From NCBI GenBank assembly GCA_024679065.1, contig JAGIQG010000040.1, forward strand, positions 6,944,001-7,008,000: DNA of 64,000 nucleotides, read 5' to 3'. A model generated the notes under the pieces. The model searched no databases and was not told the origin of the DNA. It saw only the letters and a program-made list of their open reading frames with translations. A program made the position numbers and the translations under genes. This stretch comes from Sphyrna mokarran (taxonomy: Eukaryota). Positions 13,101 through 23,389 of this stretch are shown one piece after another. Positions within the stretch are counted from its first letter, which is position 1. The number at the start of each line of letters is the position of its first letter.

Positions 13101-15705
13101 ATGAATCTGTATAAACTCAGCCAAACACATATTACATCATCGAGGAAAAAAGATAGAGTTCGGAATAATGGAGAGTTAAATGCAGAATGATAACTATACT
13201 TGCATGCGATTCGAAGCAGAATTATGGACGTAGGCTTTACTAGGAATGCATGATAAGATTTTCGAATACTTCACTGAATTAAAAAAAATCTGAACAAAAA
13301 AGTCGTCACGTAGCATGTTCATGGATAACGAAGCTCACCTAATCTTACATTGGCCAAGAATTTTCAGCTGAGCATCAGGTGCCAAAACATTTAATTCTAC
13401 CATTTCAACATTAGGCTACCCATGGTATTCTTACACTGCTGCCCTATAAATAAGATTGTGAGGGAAAAAAACAATGTCTGGTGCGAAGAATTGCTGCAAA
13501 ATTCCATATTTCAGAGGGATCTAATTGTTCTGGTGCATAAGCCCCAAAACCTATTAATTAAGAAGACTAAAGCAAATGCATAATTTAACAAGAGAGGAAA
13601 TGAACTTATAAAGATATTATGCTTCAATTATGCAAGGCATTGGTGAGACTGCGTTTTGGATAATGTGAGCAGTTTTCGTCTTCTTATTTACACAAGGATA
13701 TAAAAGGGTTGGAACAGGTTTGCTGGATTTATTCCTGGAATGAATGGGCTTTCTTATGAGGCTAAAGTCGAAATAATATATCTGTTTCCAGCGGAGTTTA
13801 GAATTGTGGGCTGTGACTTGTTTGAAGTACTTACGATTCTAAATAGTATTCACACAGTAGACGTGGAAAAGATGAAACCCTGAGTCTTATGGGTGAACCT
13901 ATAGCTAGAGGGCCATCGTTTTCAAATTAGTGGTCTGCTTTTTTGGGACAGAATGAAGTGATTGTTTTTCTATTTGCAGCTTTGGAATTCTCTGCTCAGA
14001 AAGGAGAGGAAGCCAGGTAATTGAATATGTCCAAGGCAGAAGTGGATACATTATTGTTCGAAAAGAGGCCAATAGTTATGGGAACGTGGCACTTAAAACA
14101 CAAAGTGAATCACCAGCATATTTCCAGTGGTGGAACAGGCTCGAAGGATTGAATTGCCTGCCTCTGCTCCTGTATCAAACTTGCTTCAAGAACGTGATTT
14201 AACACCCATAGATATTAAAGATCAAAGTATTATCACAGTGAGAGTGCCAAAATAAAGTTAAGAGAATAGCAGAGGAAATATTTCAACTCTTCCAGAAATT
14301 TCAATACAGTAATTCACCCGAAAAATTCCCCTGTGTACTGGTCGTCAACAAAAATGGAGAGGTGTAAAAGTATCCACCTCTAACATCAATATGATATCTA
14401 CCTGTACATTCCCCAACAAAAATATGTCCCACCACTTATCAGGACATGTTGACTTCTGACAGCGGCAATTAACTTAAGACTATTAGAAATAGGAACAGAC
14501 CGTTCTTCATGTCTGCACCATCATTTAATAATATTAAAGCTGAACTCACACAATCCTCGTTCCTGTTTTATCGCTGTCATCCTTAATTCCCACACTTACT
14601 TAGAATCTATCAATCAGAGTCTTGAAAATGCTCAACTATTAGGTTTCCGCAGCTTCTTGGGGTAAAGAATTACAAAGATCCACAAGCCTTTGAGAAAATA
14701 AATTCTTCCCCAACTCCGATTTCCATGATCACAACTTTATCCTGCAACTATGTCCTTGGTCCTCTACTCTCCCATAAGTGCAAATATTCTCCGAAAATTT
14801 ACCCCACCTAACCCCTCAAGAATAACTTTGTTTCTTGAGTTCTGTTCGGGAAATCAAAGATTGCTGATGACTCCACACGCCTTCCATTCACCAATCAACC
14901 CAAGCTTAATGTGGATGTTAATGTAGTTCTTGAACGAAACATTAAACATGTTGGGCGAATTTTACGGATTCACAACTTTAATTCTGAATTCACTCGATAA
15001 TTTTTTCTAAACTTAATGATGTACCATTGACACCCCCTAACAATTGAACACTCATTTCTTTTTATTTCATCTAACCTTTCCTCCTTTTTAATATTTTAAA
15101 ACATTCTTATTGTATCGACCCGTACTCAAAATTCTTTTGAAGGAAATTGAACCATTCGCTTATTTTTATTTATTTAACCTCTTGCTTGTGAAATCTCTGA
15201 TGAACCAGAGTGACAGCAGTTTGACGAGGTTGCAGAACAAATACTTTTACAGCTCGCTTAATAATAGAGAGGTCATTTCAGAAAACACCATAACAGCTTT
15301 CGAGTTCAAAAAAAATAAATTGATAAATATGTAACTAAAATTTGCAATGCTGACCGTAAAGATGCGGAATTGTGAAAATGATGCTTTTTAGGATATATTC
15401 TCCATTATGGAACAATATCTACATTTACCCAAAAAGTGCAACAATGTAAACTCTACTTAAGTTCTATCTAACGGAGTCATCCTGCTTCGAAAGAAGTTCA
15501 TAATTTGTCATGTGTAACAAGGAATAGACAATTTATATTGGTTTCCCCAAAGACATTTGCATCTTTGAATGAATAAAACTATAAGTTATTTCTTGTGCAG
15601 TATTTAAAGCCTCAATCTCCACACCATATTAACGGACCAAACATCACTTAATCCCCCTGTTCATTCCAAAGACCGAACAAAGCTCTATTTAGGGTTTCAT
15701 TGCTA

Positions 15706-15706
<1 letters not shown>

Positions 15707-15736
<30 letters not shown>
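15707..15736. repeat. (TA)n microsatellite
   Basis: About 15 perfect TA units. Confidence 0.95.
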
Positions 15737-15744
<8 letters not shown>

Positions 15745-16730
15745 ATATATATTGTTTACTTACCTCGAAGTTACTGATTGAATGACATCTGTCACTTTTT
15801 AGCTTGTTGCTCCATTTAAAAATGGCCTTGGTCTTCGAATTATTAACAATGTGAATTTACTTTTATTTTCGCTGTCACACCCATCTTTTCGAACACTCTC
15901 CATTGCACAACCGCATAAAACAACTAATATTTATCTTTATCCAGCACTTTCAACATAATGAATGTCCCAACAACTATCAGCAGATCCTTATGAAAGACAT
16001 AATAGGACTGAGACAAATAAGGAAATATTAGATCAATTTATGAAAATCCTGATAAAGAGGCAGCATATAATAATTGTATTAAAATTGGAAAGCAAAGTCG
16101 TGTAGAAGATAAGTAAACGGCTTATATTGCAAAAATCGTGGAGCAATTAAAACTGGGAGAGTACTGGAGGCTACAATTAGAGATGAATATATTGTGGATG
16201 AGCGTTTGGTAGCATTACAACGATACAAAAATCTGAAGCACTAGAAGGTTTTGTAAACCACGATGAGAATATTGAAATTACAGCCGTTGTAGGAGAATGG
16301 GATCTTATGCCTGTTTACGATATGGACATTAGATGCTTACAATACCTTAAATTTACTGTGGTTATTGTGTGGGAGATCGGAACACATTGAAATGATCGAA
16401 TATGGAAGGTAAGGGAGACAACGATGAGGGGTCCATGCAAGGCAAGCTGAAATGTACGTGAATCCAGCTGCTTTAGGATTGCAAATAGAGGGTCTTAGTG
16501 ATATTGCAAATACGAAGTGGAAAACTCCTTAGTGATTTAATTTATCATCAGGGTTGCAAAGAGACATTTTTAATGTAAACTTGCTGCAAGGTAAAGGACA
16601 CGCTCTGACGGTAGGTAAGGGATTTTTGGAACAAGGTTGATTAAAAAATTTGGATATATTGAGTAGACGAACATGGCTAAGAACAGATTCCTGTGGAATA
16701 TTTTATTAACACATATGCAATCGAACTGAG

Positions 16731-17496
16731 ACTTTGGCAGGAACAATAAATGTGTAGAGTATAGGGCTAATGGTAGGGCTCTTAATAGTGTTGAGGAACA
16801 GAAGGATCTTGGTGTATGTGTCAATAGATCCCTGAAAGTAGGCAGTCAAGTGGATAAAGTTGTTAAGAAGGCATATGGAGTCTTAGCTTTTATTGGTAGG
16901 GGGATTGAATTTAGGAGCCGCAGCATCATGTTGCAACTGTACAAAACTCTAGTGCGGCCGCACTTGGAGTATTGTGTGCAGTTCTGGTCCCCACATTATA
17001 AGAAAGATGTGGAGGCATTGGAGAGGGTACAGAGGAGGTTTACCAGGATGTTGCCTGGTATGGAGGGCAGGTCCTATGAAGAGAGGTTGAAGGATTTGAG
17101 GTTGTTTTCGTTAGAAAGGAGGCGGCTAAGAGGGGATCTTATTGAAGCATATAAGATGATTAGAGGTTTAGATAGGGTGGACAGTGATAGCCTTTTTCCT
17201 AGGATGGAGAAAGCTAGCACGAGGGGACACAGCTTTAAATTAAGGGGTATGAGTTATAGGACGGATATCAGAGGTAGGTTCTTTACTCAAAGAGTGATTA
17301 GGGAGTGGAATGCCCTGCCTGCAGCTGTTGTAGATGCGCCAAGTTTGGTGGCGTTTAAGAGGTTAATTGATAAGTATATGGAAGAGAAGGGAATGGTTTA
17401 GTTTGGAGGGGCATTGCTTTTTATTTTGGTCGGCACAACATCGAAGGCCGAAGGGCCTGTTCTGTGCTGTAATGTTCTATGTTCTATGTTCTATGT
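16731..17496 (+). mobile_element. Very young 5'-truncated CR1 LINE (subfamily A)
   Basis: Uninterrupted ORF 16850-17401, translation identical to other A copies over the shared region, (GTTCTAT)n tail. Confidence 0.95.
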
Positions 17497-18384
17497 CTGT
17501 TTGCCCTTTCGAAAAGCATCTTCAGTGTCAAAGAGGCAATACAAGTAGACAGTAAAACAGACAGAGCATGAAGCAATTTGGAAAATCTTAGTATTTATGT
17601 TTTGGCTAATATCGTTGCCAATTCTGCAGTGGAAACCCATCAAAAATGTTTGCACAATTCGCGTGCACAATGCAATATATAACTGAAAGTCAAACGACCA
17701 CAGCAAAAATGAGAAAGGTTTACTTCCAATAATGCAGTTAAAGAATTGCTACTTCATTCATATTATTTGCTTGTCATCTTTTTATTTCAAAGCTGACATT
17801 TGGGCTTCACTGATCTTACTTTCATGTATGGCCAGGTTGTTGAAGAGTGTAGAGTAATTTGCAGAGGCATCTTCGAAAGGACAATTCAAACACGAAAACG
17901 CAATTATTTTGAAGGGGAAAACAGCAAATGGATCAGAAAAATGCGATTTGAAGTTTATCCTCCAAGCCTCACAATATCCTGACTTGGAACCATGTCACTG
18001 GTCTCTCACAGTGATTGAATACACATAATATTATTAATCGGATCAATAAGAACTCTGTTCCTCGCAGCAGTTTATGTGCACCTGCATCAGTTGAACTGTA
18101 CACGTTTACATAGGCGGATCGCGACCACTTTCACATCCATGAGGTATGCTTTTCCTGCTGGCAACTGCCACACCTCTGGAAATAATATTGTTTTCAATAA
18201 AAAAGGAAAAAAAAAAACGATGTGAATGGAAACAAACTCAACATGTTGGCAGTATTCCCTGTAACTCTAACGGATTGTCCAAATTCATTGGATACAAATT
18301 CCAATAGCGTGACTATGGATATTATAGTCATATTGTAAGCCGTGGCACAGACTGAGCAATGCAGATTGATCGTGTTTGATCACT

Positions 18385-18425
18385 CCGCCCTATGCAAATT
18401 CACCCTGTTTCTTAAGGTTTATAAA
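18385..18425 (+). promoter_or_regulatory. V promoter: GC box CCGCCC (18385-18390), octamer ATGCAAAT (18392-18399), TATA box TATAAA (18420-18425)
   Basis: Exact motifs 90-130 bp upstream of the leader ATG, in the order typical of Ig heavy-chain promoters. Confidence 0.8.
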
Positions 18426-18516
18426 GTCGATGTTCAGCTGCTACCGTTACACAGAGCACTCAGTGTTGAGGTCGAGTGATCGTCCTGCTGAGGTTTTCAG
18501 TGCTTGTGAAGAAATA

Positions 18517-18559
18517 ATGCATATTTTCTGGGCTGCACTCCTTTTAACGTGGTTATCAA
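18517..18559 (+). CDS. IgNAR: IgNAR leader exon (signal peptide MHIFWAALLLTWLS, phase 1)
   Basis: ATG at 18517, hydrophobic peptide, donor A|GTAAGT at 18560; splices in frame to the V exon (N-AFS-AYVDQTP). Confidence 0.93.
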
Positions 18560-18699
18560 GTAAGTTTCTTTCAGAAGAAAAAATATGTGTCAACTGGATA
18601 AAATTGGGTGGCTGCGCATACATTGTGGAAAATTCTTTGCCTTTAAGTTCTTGTATTGTTTCAGACAAATAATTCATTTCGTATCTTTTCTCCATACAG

Positions 18700-18975
18700 A
18701 TGCCTTCAGTGCATATGTCGATCAAACACCACGGTCGGCAACTAAAAAAACAGGCGAATCTCTGACAATCAACTGCGTCCTAAGGGATGCTAGCTGTCCC
18801 TTGTGTGAAACAAGGTGGTTTCGGAAAAATCCTGGTTCAACAAATTGGGAACGCATTACCATTGGCGGCCGATATGTTGAAAACGTTAACAAGGGAAGCA
18901 AGTCGTTTTCTCTGCAAATCAACGACTTAACAGCTGAAGACAGTGTCACATTTTACTGTAAAGCTGGAGAAGACT
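18700..18975 (+). CDS. IgNAR: IgNAR V (VNAR) exon: AFS-AYVDQTPRSATKKTGESLTINCVLRDASCPLCETRWFRKNPGSTNWERITIGGRYVENVNKGSKSFSLQINDLTAEDSVTFYCKAGED
   Basis: Acceptor tccatacAG at 18698-18699; VNAR hallmarks VDQTP, GESLTINC22, W36, GGRYVE, KSFSL, YC83KA; no stop codons; followed directly by an RSS. Confidence 0.97.
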
Positions 18976-19013
18976 CACAGCAATAAGATTGAACTTTCAG
19001 TCATACAAAAATA
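18976..19013 (+). other. V 3' RSS (23-class, 22-bp spacer)
   Basis: CACAGCA (18976-18982) + 22 bp + ACAAAAATA (19005-19013). Confidence 0.92.
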
Positions 19014-19202
19014 TCTTCCGATCTCCAATACAGATAATACAATTTTGTTCGCCCTTCTGCTGAAACTGCATTTTAGCTATGACAACTATTCTGAAGCGAG
19101 GACATTTATACATATCTGGTGACAGTTCCAGGATCATAAACCCCAGAACTTGAAATGGGGATGAGCAGCAAATACATTCAACACATTGACAAACAGAGAA
19201 GC

Positions 19203-19279
19203 TGTTTTTGAACAGGGCTGGACCACTGTGTGGATATTCCCACAGCAATCGAGAAGACAGTTCCCGTCATACACAAACT
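19203..19279 (+). other. D1 segment TGGATATTCC (19231-19240) with 12/23 RSSs
   Basis: TGTTTTTGA-12-CACTGTG | D | CACAGCA-23-ACACAAACT; reading frames WIF / GYS / DI. Confidence 0.95.
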
Positions 19280-19406
19280 ATCGTCTGAATTGTTTTTTTA
19301 ACTGTAGAACATTTTAACTGTTTCTCAACTGGTTTTGCAGGAAGTTATTAATGAATAATCTGGAGGTTTAGCACGTTTAGTCGAAAGAAAACAATGAAGA
19401 AAGGAA

Positions 19407-19476
19407 CATTGTCATGTTCTGCGAAGTTCGAGGTGGCTCAGAACAATAAGATTGAACTTCCGGTTCTGCAAAAGTG
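19407..19476 (+). pseudogene. Fossil V 3' end plus decayed V-RSS (duplication relic)
   Basis: TTC TGC GAA GTT CGA GGT GGC T CAGAACA ataagattgaactt.. GCAAAAGTG aligns without gaps (offset 463) to the V end TAC TGT AAA GCT GGA GAA GAC T CACAGCA ataagattgaactt.. ACAAAAATA; heptamer has lost CAC. Confidence 0.8.
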
Positions 19477-19641
19477 AAGACAGGATAATATTGTACGCTC
19501 TTCTGGCTGAAACTATATTTTATTTGTTGATCGTATTCTGAAATGGGGACGTTTCTAAACATCTGGTGACATTTCGAGGATCATAAATCCCAGCATTTCA
19601 AATGTGGATGCGCAGCAACTGTATTTAAAACCCAGGTAAGC

Positions 19642-19718
19642 TGTTTTTGAACGGGGCTAGACCACTGTGTGGCTGTTATCACAGCAATCAAGCAGACGGT
19701 TCCTGTCACACACAAACT
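19642..19718 (+). other. D2 segment TGGCTGTTAT (19670-19679) with 12/23 RSSs
   Basis: TGTTTTTGA-12-CACTGTG | D | CACAGCA-23-ACACAAACT; frames WLL / GCY / AV. Confidence 0.95.
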
Positions 19719-19915
19719 ATCTTCAGATTTGTTTTCTTTAACAGTGGAACAAGTTAACTGTTTCTCCACTGGTTTAGCGAGAAGTTATTAATGAATATTT
19801 TGGAAGGATAGCATATTTAGTGGAATGAAAACAATGAAAAAAAAGAACATTGAGATATGAAGTCAAATCGGAGTAGACGTCTCGAGCTAAGAGGCTTGGC
19901 TGACTATACATGACA

Positions 19916-19994
19916 AGTTTTTGCACTGATCTCTGCGGCTGTGTGGGTGTGGGGACCACATTAACGAATCATAGATTCTCTTAGTACAAAAACT
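19916..19994 (+). other. D3 segment TGGGTGTGGGGAC (19944-19956) with 12/22 RSSs
   Basis: AGTTTTTGC-12-GGCTGTG | D | CACATTA-22-ACAAAAACT; frames WVWG / GCGD / GVGT. Confidence 0.88.
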
Positions 19995-20307
19995 AATCCT
20001 ATACTCCTGAAGACAAAACAAACAGATTTTACTTTCTGAGTGGCTACGGTAGTTCATAGTTAAACAACTGCTGTCCTCCTCAGACACCGATTGATGCATT
20101 GCAACATTTTTTCTGTTTATTTTGGCAATTATGTGTATAAATATTTGAATCACATTTATAACACATGGAGGTTTCTCCATGATTTGGACAAGTCCTTATG
20201 AGCGAGAGACACTGTTCGGGTTCCAATGTGAAGGGAACGATTTGCGCCAATTTCCAACGGATATTTTGGAATGATTGAAGCATTTTCTGCGAAGATTTGA
20301 ATAATGG

Positions 20308-20375
20308 ATTTATTGTGCTGATGTGAAGTGATGTGCAGCTATGGTGACACGATGATGCGGGCCACAACAAGAACC
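20308..20375 (+). other. D4 segment CAGCTATGGTGA (20336-20347) with 12/12 RSSs
   Basis: ATTTATTGT-12-TGATGTG | D | CACGATG-12-ACAAGAACC; the only segment with a 3' 12-RSS, which is required to join the J 23-RSS; frames QLW* / SYG / AMV. Confidence 0.85.
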
Positions 20376-20689
20376 TCCACTACAGTTATTTCCTTTACGA
20401 CTGGAGAACCAAGCTGTATAGTACTGTTCCTTACACCTCGAACTGCACAGCGTTGGAAATCCGTTCCCAATGGAATTTCATTTTTGGAATGCACCATTAT
20501 GGTCCTTAATATTGAATCACTGGACTGACTTTCTTTTAAGGCGTTACAAGTGTACAGTAGCTCATTTAATTCTCTCCAAGGATGGAAACAAGTCAAGAAT
20601 TTAGATGCATTGATAAATGCAATATATACAAAAGATCTTTGTAACGATGTTGCTTTAAGGCATCGAATAGCGGATTTTGTTTCATTGGC

Positions 20690-20728
20690 AGTTTGTGACA
20701 TGGCCGGAATGGATGATCACTGACTGTG
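20690..20728 (+). other. J 5' RSS (23-bp spacer)
   Basis: AGTTTGTGA (20690-20698) + 23 bp + GACTGTG (20722-20728). Confidence 0.9.
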
Positions 20729-20772
20729 TAACTGGTATGATGGGAGCGGCACCGTGCTGACTGTGAATCCTG
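20729..20772 (+). CDS. IgNAR: IgNAR J segment NWYDGSGTVLTVNP(G)
   Basis: G-x-G-T-x-L-T-V motif with the VNAR-type YDG start instead of WG; donor G|GTAAGT at 20773; no Cys in FR4. Confidence 0.95.
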
Positions 20773-21483
20773 GTAAGTGAAGTTTCTTGCTACTTCAATA
20801 AGATTTTTTCGTGCAAAAAAGGTTAAGAAGAACTAATGTTTTCATTAATATTGACTAAAGAAGTGAAATAACATTCATAGCTCTTTTTCAGTTCCTGACT
20901 TAATAGACTGTCTCTATTGATTTGACTGGAATTTATAACTATCTAGAATATAGTGACTGAAAATATTAGATTTATAAAGGTAACTTAGCTGTCAACAAAC
21001 ACTTTAAAGACTTGATTGGGAAGGTGATGCTGGTTTTTAGAGTTAAAACGGAACCAATTATACAATTTTCATCCTGACCGACCTGATAACTTGTAAAATG
21101 AACTGATATTATTTCTAACCCAAAACAAATCTATGGAATATTGTGATGAGGAGTGATCTCTATAATCATGTAATACTTGAAATGTATTGTTTCATAAAAT
21201 GCTAGTTACAGATTTATATGAGCTATTAAACACTTCTCATTAGTCATGACATGGAAAGTAACATTAACGTCTGATCGGGCCCCGAAAATATGTTGGCCAA
21301 TGATTTCTGTATATTTCAGAATTTGTTCAAAGGGAAAAAGCAAATGATCTAGTAAGAGACTGACTGGTCATGGCATTATTCTATTCCTGTAGCGCCAGGA
21401 ATGCACCAGTTGTTCAGCAACATATCTGACAAGTTTATTCCACTCTCCCCTGCCTCAACACCCTCAGCTCCTACCCCGTTTTA

Positions 21484-21957
21484 ATAGAACATAGAACATT
21501 ACAGCACAGAACAGGCCCTTCGGCCTTCGATGTTGTGCCGACCAAAATAAAAAGCAATGCCCCTCCAAACTAAACCATTCCCTTCTCTTCCATATACTTA
21601 TCAATTAACCTCTTAAACGCCACCAAACTTGGCGCATCTACAACAGCTGCAGGCAGGGCATTCCACTCCCTAATCACTCTTTGAGTAAAGAACCTACCTC
21701 TGATATCCGTCCTATAACTCATACCCCTTAATTTAAAGCTGTGTCCCCTCGTGCTAGCTTTCTCCATCCTAGGAAAAAGGCTATCACTGTCCACCCTATC
21801 TAAACCTCTAATCATCTTATATGCTTCAATAAGATCCCCTCTAAGCCGCCTCCTTTCTAACGAAAACAACCTCAAATCCTTCAACCTCTCTTCATAGGAC
21901 CTGCCCTCCATACCAGGCAACATCCTGGTAAACCTCCTCTGTACCCTCTCCAATGCC
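21484..21957 (-). mobile_element. Very young CR1 LINE (subfamily A) in the J-C1 intron
   Basis: ORF 21570-21953 identical in translation to the corresponding part of 16850-17401. Confidence 0.95.
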
Positions 21958-23389
21958 TTTTCTATTGACTTGGAATGTGGATTTAATTTCAGACCGACTT
22001 ACTTTAATGTAAGCGACAGCAGATCAGTTGAGTCTCAGTTTTGTGAATACCAGTGGAAAGCAGATGGACAGTAGATCAATCATTGAGGAAATCTGACTCT
22101 CGATTCGCCATCTGCTGGTGTGGCACAATTAATGAGACAGATTTAACCATGCGCTGTGTAATTCTGCGAGAATCCTGTTTATATCGAAACTTGTCTCCTT
22201 CAGCTAATAAGGGCTCTGAGTGTGTAAAACTAGCCGATTGAACCGAAAAGGAGACCTTGAAATTGAACACAACATTCAAAAGCTTTCTCTTTGTCCTTTT
22301 ATATATTAAATACTTTAAGATGTGTTTTAAGTCTCATTGTGAATAATGTTTTCTTACACTTCAGATGTTGTGTTGCCTATTTCCTTACTTTATGTGAAGA
22401 AGCATTTTGATAATTTGGAGTCTGAGGTTGGGAAATATGTCCTCGCGTGACAGTGCAAAACTTGGGCATGGGTACGGCATGTTATGTTCCATTGATTGCA
22501 ATGAATGTTTGTATGACAGCTGGCCCATACCAATTCGCCCGTTTTGCGCCATTAGCACAGATGAATATTTTATATTTCAACTTTCAAAGCAAACGGTGAG
22601 GTGCAGGTTGGATTAGAAACATCACTCGTGTATTGTTTCACTGCAGCAGTGGGGCAGTCGTTCGAAATATCAAGGAAAGCTGCGGTGCGAGAAATTGAGT
22701 TTTGCCACTTCAACAGCGCGTAACAAAATGCTAAAATAGTATTTGTGCTACGGCATATTAGTTAAGATTAATTTTAATTGTTCTGGTTATCGCAGGGCAT
22801 ATTAGCCAAGGTGTAGCAGGGATGTAAACAAAGATGGCTTTGGCCGAATAATTAAGGAGGAGCCTTTGACTGGATGTAGATAAATGTAGTAATGCGTCAT
22901 ATGCGGGTTGAAGAATTGCTTGATGTCTTGATTTGTTAGGATAAGAGATGAACTGCCAGGAGGCCTGATAGAAATAAATGCTGAATTAATTTCTAAAGAT
23001 AAATTTTCCAAAATGTCCAGGCAGAATGCAGACAAGTTTTATTGGAAAATGAGACTGTCAGGCTCAATGTTTGGCTTTCAGTAAAACCCTGCCCATAGGC
23101 TGAATCGCAGATTTGCCTCATTTTGTTCTCTACCATAAAATGATTTTACGATTTTTGCTGGTGTTTATTTTACAATGCCTCTTTGATATCCGCAAATAAC
23201 AGAACAGCTGTAATTAGCAAGGTTTTGCCGGGCATATTTTTATTATGGAATCTACAGATAGCAACGCATTGGAGTATACATTCAGTTGTATATGATCTTA
23301 TGTAGGAGAGGAGGCATGAGATGATTTAGTGAAAAGAATGGATGGTCTTGAGACGTCGAGCATATCAAGTTGATGCTCAGGAAAGAGGA

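Noticed and set aside
859-15562. Scattered octamers (859, 11228, 15555; also 36500, 52959)
   Set aside because: A few are expected by chance in 64 kb of AT-rich DNA and they lack supporting context
1-18300. Additional Ig exons or a second cluster upstream (and downstream of 52.3 kb)
   Set aside because: No Ig-domain motifs in any listed ORF; the short ORFs are repeat-derived or random
20210-20216. CACTGTT between D3 and D4 as a possible fifth D RSS
   Set aside because: Lacks the essential GTG end and has no nonamer at 12 or 22/23 bp
20446-20452. CACAGCG heptamer between D4 and J
   Set aside because: No nonamer at 12 or 22/23 bp and no upstream partner RSS
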